Positions 21,720-31,335 of a stretch of DNA of 41,899 nucleotides are shown piece by piece. Source of the DNA: an uncultured Phycisphaeraceae bacterium (lineage in GTDB: Bacteria > Planctomycetota > Phycisphaerae > UBA1845); contig CAZKIN010000005.1 in NCBI GenBank assembly GCA_964552515.1, forward strand, positions 1 to 41,899, read 5' to 3'. The notes under the pieces are model-generated. The model made no database searches. It was not told the origin of the DNA and saw nothing but the letters and a program-made list of their open reading frames with translations. A program made the translations under genes and the position numbers. Positions within the stretch are counted from its first letter, which is position 1. Every line of letters starts with the position of its first letter.

Positions 21720-22852
21720 GGACTGCAATGATCAATGTGCCGGGAATCCTAACCGCCCTGTCCGCAACCGACGAAGCGCCGCGCGTGGAAATCAAGCTGG
21801 TGCCGATCGGGGTCACGAAGTGCAACGATGGCCGCGAGATTGAGCTGGACGCCAAGGGCGTCGCCTCTGCCAAGGCCATGTTCAAGGCACACGGAACGCC
21901 ACTGCCCATCGACTACGAACATGAGACCCTCGGCGGTCACAAGGCGCTGGCGGCGGGATTCATCCACGAGCTGGTGGAACGCGGCGACGGTCTGTACGGA
22001 CAAGTGGAATGGAACGCGGAAGCACGCCAGGAGATCAAGAGCGGGCAATACCGCTACCTCTCGCCGGTGTTGCTGCATGCCGCGAAAGGCGATCGCCGGG
22101 TGATTGGTATTCACTCGGCGGGACTGACCAACAAGCCCGCGCTGCCGCACATGTCGCGGCTCGCGGCCAAAGAAGAAGATCCAACCCCAATCAAAAAGGA
22201 GAAGAGTGCGATGGACGAACTGTTGAAACAACTGGCCGCGCAAATGGGCATGGCCGAAGGCGCTTCCGGCGAGGACGTGATCAAGGCGGTGATCGCCAAG
22301 ATGGGCGCGATGAAGCAGACCGAGGCGGTGGCGAGCAGCATGAAGAGTTCGCTGGGGCTGCGCATCGACGCGAGCGACAGCGAAGTGACGGCGCGGCTGC
22401 TGGCCATGAAGGAGGATGTCGGCAAGCTGGCCGCCCTGCGCAGCGAAATCGACACGCTCAAGGCGGAGAAGAGCGGTGCCACGGCCACGGCACTGGTCGA
22501 ACGCTTCGTCAAGGAAAACAAGATCAACCCGCACAACGAAAAACTGGTGACCGCGTGCCGCGAGTGGGCGGGACGCGACGCCAAGGGCTTCGAGGCGCAT
22601 TACAGCATGGCCGACGCCATCGTGCCCAGCGGTGAAACCAAGCTGCCGGCGAAAGAGTCGGTGCCGGCAGCCGGCGACGAAGACGCGATGCTCGCCACGG
22701 CGCTCAAGGAGAACAACAACAACCACAAGACGGCGCTGGTGTCCCTGCAGTCCAAACTGATGGGCGAAATCACCGCGAAGGGATTCACCACCAAGGCGGC
22801 GCGGGAGACCTGCGAAAAGAAGTATCCGAAGATCTTCGGTACCGCGGAATAA
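21716..22852 (+). CDS. Mu gp I-like head protease/scaffold protein
   Basis: N-terminal PIDYEHE...QYRYLSPVL...LTNKPAL pattern. The C-terminal half is Ala/Lys/Glu-rich and helical, as expected for a scaffold. Confidence 0.7.
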   Translation: MRTAMINVPGILTALSATDEAPRVEIKLVPIGVTKCNDGREIELDAKGVASAKAMFKAHGTPLPIDYEHETLGGHKALAAGFIHELVERGDGLYGQVEWNAEARQEIKSGQYRYLSPVLLHAAKGDRRVIGIHSAGLTNKPALPHMSRLAAKEEDPTPIKKEKSAMDELLKQLAAQMGMAEGASGEDVIKAVIAKMGAMKQTEAVASSMKSSLGLRIDASDSEVTARLLAMKEDVGKLAALRSEIDTLKAEKSGATATALVERFVKENKINPHNEKLVTACREWAGRDAKGFEAHYSMADAIVPSGETKLPAKESVPAAGDEDAMLATALKENNNNHKTALVSLQSKLMGEITAKGFTTKAARETCEKKYPKIFGTAE

Positions 22853-22865
22853 CGCGAACCCCGGA

Positions 22866-22878
22866 CCCGCAGAGCGGG
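22866..22878 (+). repeat. CCCGCAGAGCGGG stem-loop; shorter CCGCACAGCGG copy at 22885-22895
   Basis: Located in the 85-nt spacer between the scaffold and decoration genes. Confidence 0.6.
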
Positions 22879-22937
22879 AAGTAACCGCACAGCGGAACTG
22901 ATGGAAAACTTTTGTTTAAGGCAAGGAGGCCACAACA

Positions 22938-23312
22938 GTGAACGAGATTCTGAGCAAAACATTCACCGCCGGCGCGGCGATCGGGGCGAGCAAGTTCGTC
23001 AAGATGGGCGCGTCCGACGGACTGGTGATCGAGGCGGTGGACGGCGCGGCACCGATCATCGGAGTGTCGCCGCGCGAAGCCACCGCGTCCGGTGACCGCA
23101 TCGACATCCAGATGATGGGCATCGCCAAGGTGAAGAGCGGCGGCACCATCTCACGCGGAGCACTGGCCACCGCCAGCACCGCCGGTGTCGCGGTCGCGGC
23201 CGCTCCGGCCACGGGCGTGAATGCCTACGTGGCGGGCAATGTCCTGGCGGCGTCGGCCAGCGGTGACCTCACGGACATCCTGCTGGCACCCGGCATCATG
23301 CAGGGCGGTTAA
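22938..23312 (+). CDS. DUF2190-like head decoration/cement protein (124 aa)
   Basis: Gly/Ala/Val-rich beta-type sequence directly upstream of the major capsid gene. GTG start preceded by AAGGAGG. Confidence 0.55.
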   Translation: MNEILSKTFTAGAAIGASKFVKMGASDGLVIEAVDGAAPIIGVSPREATASGDRIDIQMMGIAKVKSGGTISRGALATASTAGVAVAAAPATGVNAYVAGNVLAASASGDLTDILLAPGIMQGG

Positions 23313-23319
23313 CCCGCAT

Positions 23320-23348
23320 AGCGGGATGGTCCCGCTGCGCGTTTTTTT
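23320..23348 (+). terminator. Intrinsic terminator/attenuator between the decoration and capsid genes
   Basis: 7-bp stem AGCGGGA/TCCCGCT with a 3-nt loop, then GCGCG and TTTTTTT (23342-23348). Overlaps the family stem-loop CCCGCATAGCGGG (23313-23325). Confidence 0.55.
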
Positions 23349-23423
23349 CCGCACAGTGAACGGTTTTGGAAATCATGGGCGGCAACGGATGCAGGCCCGA
23401 ATAAGGCTTAAGGAGAAGCGAGA

Positions 23424-24389
23424 ATGCCTCAAGCGATCAATCTGCAGTTTGACGGGCGGCTGACCAATATCGCCGTCCAGTATCAGAACCCGGAGTACAT
23501 CGGCGATCTGGTGATCCCGCCGACTTCGGTACCGAAGATCACCGGCAAATACAAAGTCTATGACAAGGACGAGCGCTTCACGGTGCCCGACACCAAGGTG
23601 GGCCGCAAGGGCCTGCCCGGCGAAGTGGAGTGGAAGGTAACCGAGGGTACCTTCACCTGCCTCGATCACGCCCTGGAAGAATTCGTGGGCACGGATGAGA
23701 TCGACAACGCGGAAGCGCCGATCCAGCCGCTGTCCGACGCGACGGAGTTCGTCACCAACCTGCTGATGATGGCGCGGGAGAAACGCATCGCGGACGCGGT
23801 GTTTCTCGCGGCGAATTACGCCACCGCCAACAAGAACGACGAAGCGGGCAACTGGGCGACGCTCTCCTATGACGTGATGACGCGACTGGAGGCGGGCATC
23901 GACGCCTGCTTCATGCCGCCCAACGTCATGGCGATGGGCATCGAAACGTGGCGCAAGGTGTCACGCAACGCCACGGTGCTCGCGGCGGTCAAGGGCACGC
24001 TCGCACCGCAGCAGATCAAGAACGGAACCGCCACGGCTCCGGCGGTCAACCAGAAGGAACTGGCCGACTACCTCGGACTCGACGCGGTGCTGGTGGGCCG
24101 CGCGCGGATCAACACGGCGGTGGAAGGTCAGACCGCTTCGTATGCCCGGGTGTGGGACGGCACCAACGCCACCAAGGGCGGCGCGGCATTGCTCCGCGTG
24201 AAGAAGGGCGGAGGCCTGAAGGATGTGCTGTCGATGGCGAACTTCGAATGGAAGGGCCGCGAGACCTTCACCTATGACAGCAGCAAGGGCGCACGCGGCG
24301 GCAAGATCGTCCGCGTCGCGGAGACGCATGTCATCAAGAGCATCGCCACGGATGTGGGCTACCTGTTCCAGGATTGCCTGGTGACCTGA
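23424..24389 (+). CDS. Major capsid protein
   Basis: 321 aa, preceded by AAGGAG. Position follows scaffold and decoration genes, and sequence style is typical of the E-like/HK97-fold capsid family. Confidence 0.7.
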   Translation: MPQAINLQFDGRLTNIAVQYQNPEYIGDLVIPPTSVPKITGKYKVYDKDERFTVPDTKVGRKGLPGEVEWKVTEGTFTCLDHALEEFVGTDEIDNAEAPIQPLSDATEFVTNLLMMAREKRIADAVFLAANYATANKNDEAGNWATLSYDVMTRLEAGIDACFMPPNVMAMGIETWRKVSRNATVLAAVKGTLAPQQIKNGTATAPAVNQKELADYLGLDAVLVGRARINTAVEGQTASYARVWDGTNATKGGAALLRVKKGGGLKDVLSMANFEWKGRETFTYDSSKGARGGKIVRVAETHVIKSIATDVGYLFQDCLVT

Positions 24390-24432
24390 TCCTGGTGCAT
24401 GTGGGTGCCGTGAGGCAACGGAGTTAACGAAG

Positions 24433-24867
24433 ATGGCGTACATCACGACGCAAAACCTGATCGATCGCGTGGGCAGCACGAAAGCAGCACAGCTGACCAC
24501 CGACAGCGGTTCGACGCCGGATAGTGCGCTGCTTGCGGAAGTGACGGCTGAAGCGGAGGGCGAGGTCAATGGATACCTCGCCCGCCGCTACGCCGTGCCC
24601 GTCGACCTGACGGCGCATCCGGAACTGGCGGCAACGCTGCGCGGCAAGACGCTGGACATCGCGGTCTACCGATTGCACGTGCGCCGGCCACCGGTCCCGG
24701 ACGCACACAAGGACATTTACGACAGCGCCATCAAGTGGCTGACCGCGGTGAGCAAGGGCGAGATCGTCCTGCCCGCCGCGACGACGCCGCCCAGCGGGAC
24801 GGCGGACAGCCCGGTGGCGGAATGGTTCTCCAGCGAGAACGACGTGACGCGGGAAAACATGCTTTAG
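24433..24867 (+). CDS. Mu gp36-like protein (DUF1320-like head-tail connector)
   Basis: MAYITTQNLIDRVG...EVNGYLARRYAVP...DIAVYRL pattern typical of gp36 homologues. Confidence 0.65.
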   Translation: MAYITTQNLIDRVGSTKAAQLTTDSGSTPDSALLAEVTAEAEGEVNGYLARRYAVPVDLTAHPELAATLRGKTLDIAVYRLHVRRPPVPDAHKDIYDSAIKWLTAVSKGEIVLPAATTPPSGTADSPVAEWFSSENDVTRENML

Positions 24868-24905
24868 AAGAAGGCACGCAGGCACGAAGGGACGAAGGCA
24901 CGGAG
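24868..24905 (+). repeat. GGCA-core tandem array (AAGAAGGCACGCAGGCACGAAGGGACGAAGGCACGGAG)
   Basis: Starts right after the TAG at 24865. Followed by stem-loop CCCGCACAGCGGG (24906-24918) and the ATG at 24931. Confidence 0.85.
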
Positions 24906-24930
24906 CCCGCACAGCGGGTTTGAGAAGATC

Positions 24931-25608
24931 ATGAGTACGGCGGTCAAGATTAGCGTGAAGGGAACCGGCGACAGCCTGGCAAAGGCCACGGCGGCGCTGC
25001 GCGATCCCAAGGTGCTGATCCGCCGCGTGGGCGTGCTGGGCATGAATCAGGGTGTCGATCGACTGTCGCGCGTGCTCAAACAAGAGAAAGGCAACGTCGT
25101 CACTGGAAGGCTGTCGGCATCCATCACAGTCAGCGACAGCGGAACCGGCGGCACGCAGAATACGATTTTCACGGTGGAGGATGCACGCGGCGAGTTTGGA
25201 AGCAACCTGAAGTATGCGGCGCAGGTGCACTTCGGCGGACGCATCGATCCGGTCAACGCGAAGGCCCTGGCCATCCCGCTGACCGCACAACTGAAACGCG
25301 CCCAGGTCTCGCCGCGCGAACTGCCGCTGGTCACCCAGGCGAATTTGAAATTCATTCCCCGGCGATCGAAGGGCAAGCCGGGGATCATCGGCTACCTGCT
25401 GCTGGAAGCGGGCGTAGAAGGCAAGCTCGATAACAGCGCGACGGGCACCAAGATCAAAGGCAACACCAAGAAAAAAGGCGTGCTGCTCTATGCCCTGGCA
25501 CGCTGGGTGTGGCAGCGGGCGAATCCGTTTTTGTATTTCAGCGCGGAGGATCGACGCGTGATCAACGAAGAGATTTTTCCGCAGTGGCTGAAGGGTGGAG
25601 GCAAGTAG
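24931..25608 (+). CDS. Virion morphogenesis protein (Mu G / tail-completion-like)
   Basis: SNLKYAAQVHFGG motif typical of the phage virion morphogenesis family. Confidence 0.5.
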   Translation: MSTAVKISVKGTGDSLAKATAALRDPKVLIRRVGVLGMNQGVDRLSRVLKQEKGNVVTGRLSASITVSDSGTGGTQNTIFTVEDARGEFGSNLKYAAQVHFGGRIDPVNAKALAIPLTAQLKRAQVSPRELPLVTQANLKFIPRRSKGKPGIIGYLLLEAGVEGKLDNSATGTKIKGNTKKKGVLLYALARWVWQRANPFLYFSAEDRRVINEEIFPQWLKGGGK

Positions 25609-25611
25609 CAC

Positions 25612-26088
25612 GTGGCCAACGACGGATCAATCCCGAGTCTGGTGGAAGCGTGGATCGTCGCGCAACTGGACGCGATTCCGCAGCTCACCGGCAAGGTCTT
25701 CGCCTTCGAGGGCACCTTTGCGGACCGGGGCAATGAGTTCGTCGACGAAATGTACGCGCAGCGGGACACGCACGTGGTGGTGCTGTTCGAGGGCGACGAA
25801 GCGCTCGAACTGCAGGAAGGCGACGTGGCCTATCTGCCCACTTATTCCGTGTACGCGATCGTGAAAAACGAACGCGGCGCGGCCCGCAACGGCGACGGCA
25901 CGACACCGGGCACCAACAAGCTCCGCGACCTGATCCGCGTGGCCCTGCACAACAAGTACCCGGCGATCAGTGACAGCGACTATGGCACCGACGACACGCA
26001 GTTCAAGGGCAGCGAGATCATCCACCAACGAAAGGATGGGTTCATCCAGAAGAGCACGCTGGTGGTGCGGGAGTCACCAAAGACATAG
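25612..26088 (+). CDS. Mu gp37-like protein (DUF1834-like)
   Basis: Position after the gp36/G-like genes. N-terminal LVEAWIVAQLDAIPQL pattern. GTG start. Confidence 0.45.
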   Translation: MANDGSIPSLVEAWIVAQLDAIPQLTGKVFAFEGTFADRGNEFVDEMYAQRDTHVVVLFEGDEALELQEGDVAYLPTYSVYAIVKNERGAARNGDGTTPGTNKLRDLIRVALHNKYPAISDSDYGTDDTQFKGSEIIHQRKDGFIQKSTLVVRESPKT

Positions 26089-26098
26089 GGAATGAATT

Positions 26099-26995
26099 AT
26101 GGCGAACAGTAGAGTTTATAACGCACAGGCACTGAAGGTGGTGACCCCGAACATCACCATCGGCGGCATGGCCAGCGCGGGCATCAGCCCCAGCTATCGC
26201 GATGTCATCCAGAGCCGGGGCGACGGCGCGGCGGGCGTGGAAGACGTGGACCGCGCAGGCCTGCGCATCGGAACCAGCTTTGAAGCGAGCGACGTGACCA
26301 AGGTCAATGCGATCCTGGACGCGGCGGAAAGCGACGTGTCATTCTCGGGCAAGGAAAGCGCATCCACCAACTGGCACCATGCCCTGATCAAGCGCAACAC
26401 CTTCACGGGCATGAACCTGAACTTCCCGTTCAACGCGGACGCGAGCATGTCGCTTACCGGCGTGCTCCGGGCGGCGCTGGTCACCGACGGCATGGCGCAG
26501 CATGTGGTCATCACCACCAACACGACAGCGCCCACGGTGGTCTATCCGACGCGGCTCTATCGACCTTACGGCGTGGCCTTCGGTTTGAGCTCCCCATTGG
26601 CCCCGGTGCACATGCAGAGCGTGCAACTGGCGCTGACGGCGGAAGTGCTCGAAGACTACGGCGACCGCGACCTGGCGATCATGGCGGTGGACCGGCTCTT
26701 CTGGAATCCGCTGCAGGTGACGCTGGCCTTCCGCGATTTCTCCAAGAGCAGCGGCGTGGACATGGCGTCGCGGATGCTGGATCGCGGACGCGAGCAGCTC
26801 ACGCTGGGACTGTCGGGCCGGGCGGGCGCGGCGGACAAAACGCTGACCATTGAGAACCTGCTGTTCACCGGAGAGCCCAACATCACCAAGGGCCGCGACT
26901 ATTGGGAGTTCAGCCTCACCGGCCTGGCAGCGTGGAAGAGCGGCGCGACGGTGTACACGATGAACGCGAGCAACAAGCTCTTCTCGTTTGCCTGA
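26099..26995 (+). CDS. Putative major tail (tube) protein
   Basis: First large gene after the head-tail joining genes, 298 aa. No motif recognised. Confidence 0.35.
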   Translation: MANSRVYNAQALKVVTPNITIGGMASAGISPSYRDVIQSRGDGAAGVEDVDRAGLRIGTSFEASDVTKVNAILDAAESDVSFSGKESASTNWHHALIKRNTFTGMNLNFPFNADASMSLTGVLRAALVTDGMAQHVVITTNTTAPTVVYPTRLYRPYGVAFGLSSPLAPVHMQSVQLALTAEVLEDYGDRDLAIMAVDRLFWNPLQVTLAFRDFSKSSGVDMASRMLDRGREQLTLGLSGRAGAADKTLTIENLLFTGEPNITKGRDYWEFSLTGLAAWKSGATVYTMNASNKLFSFA

Positions 26996-27017
26996 TGACT
27001 AACCCCAAGGAACGTCC

Positions 27018-28286
27018 GTGGCAGAGAATCAAAAACTAGCTCTGGAAGTCACCCAAACCGGCGCGGCCGCAACGGCGGAAGCGATCGGCAAGGTGGAGAC
27101 TGCGAATAAAAAGGTGGCCGGCACCGCCGTCGAATCGGCGGCGGCGACGGACGTCGCCACGGAAGCGACGAAGAAAGCGGCGGCGAGCAATGAAGACCTG
27201 TTCAACATCCTGAACAAGATTCACCCCGGACTCGGCGAGATCGCGCAGACCATGTCGCGCGGCTCGAAAGTGGCCGGGGATTTCGCCACGAAGAATATCG
27301 ATCTCAAGGGCGCGTTCGACGGAATCGGCAAGTCGATCGTTGCGAATGCGGGTGCCTTCAAGCTGCTGCTGGCGGGCGGTGCGGTGGCGGCGGGGATCGC
27401 TTTGATTGGTGCAGCCGTGGCGAAAATGAGAGCCGAATTTGAAGCGGCCACCAAAGCCATCGCTGACAATGCCAAGGCACTGGACGAACTGCGCAGCAAA
27501 CAGATCGAAGAAAAAGCATCCATCGAACAGATCGCGGACGCAAGGAAGAAGGTCGGTGCACCAAGTGCCGAGGAGGCCAGCCGCGCGGCTTCCGACGCAG
27601 AAGCAATCAGTGGGCGATTACCCGAACTAGGCAGCGGCAGCGTGCGTCGCGCGGCGGGCGTCACTGCCGGATTGGGACTGGAACGCGACAAGATCGAGCA
27701 GCTGGCCATCCTGCTGGACCGTCGTCCGAACTTCAAGCTCGACGGCGACCAGGATGCAAAGGGAATCAACCGGCAGATCGATAAAGGCATTCGGGAAAAT
27801 GCGGACTTCATCGCCAGTTTTCGGAGGCGAGAAACCGCGCAAGTTCCGGAAGCGGTAGACCGCGCGAGGCGACAAGCGGTGGCGGCGGGCGGCGAAACTA
27901 ACGAGTTAAGAGGATTCGCATCGACGCGGGTGAATCCGGGAACCGACCTCGATCGACTGGCAGGACTTGCACAGAAGTTTGGAAGTATCGAGGCACTGGA
28001 GGACGCAATAAGAAATTCTGCCACCGGCGGGCGAGACGGACCCTTCCTTGGGGGAACTGAACTGAAGACGTTGGACAAGGGAGCGTTGGGGGGCACTGAA
28101 ACTGTTTTCGTAAATGCGAAAGACATCGCCGATTTGAGGGAAGTTCTCGGCGACCTGACCCGAGAACTCAGGAAAGGTGGAGGCGGCACCACGCACATCG
28201 CGCACCAGACGAACTACGCAGCGGACGCGGCGGCACAGAAGCGGCGGGAACGAAACGGAGCCAGCGTCATTGGCGCGGCACGCTAG
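27018..28286 (+). CDS. Tape-measure-like protein (short, 422 aa) with central TM segment
   Basis: Ala/Lys/Glu-rich helical sequence with hydrophobic AFKLLLAGGAVAAGIALIGAAVA. GTG start. Confidence 0.35.
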   Translation: MAENQKLALEVTQTGAAATAEAIGKVETANKKVAGTAVESAAATDVATEATKKAAASNEDLFNILNKIHPGLGEIAQTMSRGSKVAGDFATKNIDLKGAFDGIGKSIVANAGAFKLLLAGGAVAAGIALIGAAVAKMRAEFEAATKAIADNAKALDELRSKQIEEKASIEQIADARKKVGAPSAEEASRAASDAEAISGRLPELGSGSVRRAAGVTAGLGLERDKIEQLAILLDRRPNFKLDGDQDAKGINRQIDKGIRENADFIASFRRRETAQVPEAVDRARRQAVAAGGETNELRGFASTRVNPGTDLDRLAGLAQKFGSIEALEDAIRNSATGGRDGPFLGGTELKTLDKGALGGTETVFVNAKDIADLREVLGDLTRELRKGGGGTTHIAHQTNYAADAAAQKRRERNGASVIGAAR

Positions 28287-28298
28287 GACTGAAAATGA

Positions 28299-28784
28299 AT
28301 GGCCAACGGCAATCCAAAATACGGCGGAACGAACAGCGTGCCACTGCTCGACGTGGGGCAGATCGGCGGCGCACGCAACGCGGCGGGCGATGCGACGTTC
28401 ACCGTGCGCGGAGCAGTTGCGCCCGAACGAGCGGTGGTGGTCGAGCATCGCGCAGCGCAGCAGGGCGGACTTATCCAGGACAACCTCGGCTATGCCGGCG
28501 GGGCGATGCGCTGGAGCGGCACGCTCAAGGTGGCGGACCTGGACACGCTATGGGAAATCGCCGCCGAACTGAATCAGAAGGTCCACGGCCAACTGCGCAG
28601 CAGCAGCGGCACGCTGGGACCGGTCGATGCCACGCAGCTCCGCGAAACGCAGCTGACGGATTACGACGGACGCGTGCTGGCGGACCGGGCACGAATCATC
28701 GGCTGGCAATTCACCGGTGACCGGCACACGACACCGGAAGGAAAGATCGTGGTGGGTTTGGATATTGAGTTCAGGATTCTTTGA
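28299..28784 (+). CDS. Tail structural protein (161 aa)
   Basis: Position between the tape-measure-like and hub-like genes. Confidence 0.4.
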   Translation: MANGNPKYGGTNSVPLLDVGQIGGARNAAGDATFTVRGAVAPERAVVVEHRAAQQGGLIQDNLGYAGGAMRWSGTLKVADLDTLWEIAAELNQKVHGQLRSSSGTLGPVDATQLRETQLTDYDGRVLADRARIIGWQFTGDRHTTPEGKIVVGLDIEFRIL

Positions 28785-28823
28785 AGAAGGCACGTAGGCA
28801 CGAAGCCACGTAGGGAAGGAAAG
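28785..28823 (+). repeat. GGCA/GCCA-core array filling the whole 39-nt spacer
   Basis: AGAAGGCACGTAGGCACGAAGCCACGTAGGGAAGGAAAG, then the ATG at 28824. Confidence 0.8.
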
Positions 28824-31295
28824 ATGCCGCCGCCGACGAGAGAAACGCCAGGAAGGGAGCCAACGCCGCAGCCGCGAAGCGTGCTGACCGGTCCGCCCAC
28901 GAGTTACGCGGGGCGGCGGGCGGACGTGCGCGTGCAGGTGGAGGCCACGCCGAACAGCGGCAACTTCGTGACGCCACCGGACGTGGTGGACTGGTCGATC
29001 GTCACCGAGGGCTTGAACGACAACGAACACACCGCCACGCTGACCATCGCGGGATTGGATGCCAACCGGCTGTCACGGAGCAACCCCAGCGGCAATGACC
29101 TATTGGGCGATCAACACTTCACGCATCTGATGTCGATGCTGTCGCCCAATAAACGCATCCGCATCGGCGCGGGCTTTACGGACAGCGACCCGCTGATTCT
29201 GTTCCAGGGCTGGCCGCTGACGCGCAGCGTGCGCTGGAATGAAGGCACGCAGGCGATGACGGTGACCTGCATCAGCGAAGGCGACGAAGCGCTGGCCACC
29301 TGGCCGTTAAGTCAGATCCTCGGACAAGTGCGGCGCGGCAAACCGCACCTGCCATGGAACCCGATGGAGCCGCAGCTCCACACGGTGGACGCAAGCCCGG
29401 CGATTTTCAATCCGGGCGGACGGCCGAACCGCAGCCCGAATCCAGTGAAGGTGTCAGTCGAAGGACACGACCACCTGGTCTACCTGTTCTGCGATACGGA
29501 AGCGCCGCAAAAGGAAAGCGCCGACACGGTCGATCCGCCGGGCTTCGTCGGACCGCCGACTCCGCCGGGCGCACTGGTGACCAAGAACCCCGTGCACTGG
29601 ACGGTGGTCAATGCGCTGCGCTACCTGTGCGCCACGAACAGCAATTCGATTGTCTCGGTCAGCGACTTCATGCAGGACACGGACGCACTGATTGACCAGG
29701 CGGCACAAGCCGTCGGCGAGCCGTTCGTCACCGCCCTGACCGCGCGGCTCAATGATGCGAACTGCAATGCGATGAGCCTCCGCGAAGCGCTGCTCGTGGT
29801 GTGCCAGAGCGTGGGCCTCAACTTCCAGACACAGATTCGACGCGGCAAGGCGACGACGGGGACACCCATCGCGGGTTCGTCACGCTTCGCACTGCGCGTG
29901 TTCATGGCGCTGCAAGACGGACAGGACGAACAAGCGACGCCGGGCAACCGGCGGATGATCATGCCGAAGGTGCGCGACCTGCCCCGCCAGGCACCGTTCA
30001 GCGACAACACCGGCATGGAAGCGAAGGACTTCGCCATCGCCAACAAGGCGGGCTTTGAGTGCGATGTCACGCTGGACGCGCGGGCGATCAATCGACCGAC
30101 GGTGGTGGGCGGCATCCGCACCTATGAGGTAAGCCTGTGGCTGCGGCCAGGATGGGCCATACTTGACCAGCTCGACAATCTGGCGACGGGGACCAGCCAG
30201 GCGGACAAGAACGCACGCAAGACCGCGATGCAGTGGTGGCAGGGGCAACTGCAAACCAACGAGTTCGACCGGGGAACTACGCTGCCGACCAGCCTGCTGC
30301 ATGGGCAATTCGCCGACCACTTCGCGAACAGCGACGCGGCACGCCAGTGGATCTTCCCGGACACCATGGAATACAGCGAAGGCTTTGACCGCGAGGGCTG
30401 GCACCTCAACCTCTATCAGCCGTTCATGCCGCCGACCGTACCCGGTGAAGTCAGCGACGGGCAGAGCGTTTACCAGCATTCGATTCTCGGTGGATCGATC
30501 CTCGACGCATCCACCTGGATGCCGCGCCGGAGGCCGTTTCGAGACACCATCGGACGGCATTCGAAGGACGGTCGAAGGTCGCCCGTGGTCCGCATCTGCT
30601 TTGACTTTGCCTGGGTGAATCCGGCGATGCCGGAACTGGGCGCGACGGGCACCTGGCGCGACTTCACCGGCGATGTCACGATCGATACGGAGCGCGCGGC
30701 TTTGCGCTTCAACGCGGCCAACCCGTGGACCGATCCGACGCTACGACTCTTTCCCGATCTGGAACTGGTGGACATCGACAGCAGCGACCCGGAAGCGGCG
30801 GGCGCGAACATCAACATGATCGAAGCGATCATCATGGGCCGCTTCGCGGTGGAAGTGACCTGCTGCATCGAAGGCGACAGCCGCATTACGGCGATCGGTT
30901 TTCCCGGAAGCGGAGAACGGGCCCGCGCGGCGATCGTCGAGGCGGCGGACCGCTTTCAGCACCTGCGGCGGCGCGGACAAAACAGCCTGCTGAATAACCA
31001 GCCCACCGACGAACTGACCTTCGAAGATCGCGAGGATGATCTCGCCCTGGCGGACTATGCCGCGAAGCTGCGCCGCAGGTCGGGCAAAGAAACGGCGGCG
31101 GCCAGCGTCACGGTTCCCTGGTGCGACGCCGACGGCGGATGGGAAGTGGGCGACGCGATCACCGGATGCAGCGGCATCGACATCCCGTTCAGCGGGTACA
31201 GCGAGATCGTGAGCAAGAGCTATCAGAACAACGGCGGCAGCGTGCAGACGACGTACAACATTGGCGATCTCCGGCATTCTCCGGAGCTCGCCTAG
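28824..31295 (+). CDS. Large tail tip/hub-like protein (823 aa)
   Basis: IRIGAGFTDSDPLILFQGWPL resembles the N-terminal motif of gpD/gp27-type hub proteins (weak, from memory). Confidence 0.45.
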   Translation: MPPPTRETPGREPTPQPRSVLTGPPTSYAGRRADVRVQVEATPNSGNFVTPPDVVDWSIVTEGLNDNEHTATLTIAGLDANRLSRSNPSGNDLLGDQHFTHLMSMLSPNKRIRIGAGFTDSDPLILFQGWPLTRSVRWNEGTQAMTVTCISEGDEALATWPLSQILGQVRRGKPHLPWNPMEPQLHTVDASPAIFNPGGRPNRSPNPVKVSVEGHDHLVYLFCDTEAPQKESADTVDPPGFVGPPTPPGALVTKNPVHWTVVNALRYLCATNSNSIVSVSDFMQDTDALIDQAAQAVGEPFVTALTARLNDANCNAMSLREALLVVCQSVGLNFQTQIRRGKATTGTPIAGSSRFALRVFMALQDGQDEQATPGNRRMIMPKVRDLPRQAPFSDNTGMEAKDFAIANKAGFECDVTLDARAINRPTVVGGIRTYEVSLWLRPGWAILDQLDNLATGTSQADKNARKTAMQWWQGQLQTNEFDRGTTLPTSLLHGQFADHFANSDAARQWIFPDTMEYSEGFDREGWHLNLYQPFMPPTVPGEVSDGQSVYQHSILGGSILDASTWMPRRRPFRDTIGRHSKDGRRSPVVRICFDFAWVNPAMPELGATGTWRDFTGDVTIDTERAALRFNAANPWTDPTLRLFPDLELVDIDSSDPEAAGANINMIEAIIMGRFAVEVTCCIEGDSRITAIGFPGSGERARAAIVEAADRFQHLRRRGQNSLLNNQPTDELTFEDREDDLALADYAAKLRRRSGKETAAASVTVPWCDADGGWEVGDAITGCSGIDIPFSGYSEIVSKSYQNNGGSVQTTYNIGDLRHSPELA

Positions 31296-31320
31296 CCACG
31301 AAGCCACGAAGCCACGAAGG
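31295..31320 (+). repeat. Perfect octamer array GCCACGAA x3
   Basis: Begins at the last base of the TAG stop. The ATG at 31336 follows. Confidence 0.85.
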
Positions 31321-31335
31321 GGCGGATGAAGACGG

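Noticed and set aside
21716-22937. An anti-CRISPR locus at the position used by Pseudomonas Mu-like phages (between the F/G genes and the protease/scaffold gene).
   Set aside because: The Mu F-like and scaffold genes overlap (GTGA), leaving no room for an insert. The 85-nt spacer after the scaffold gene holds only stem-loops.
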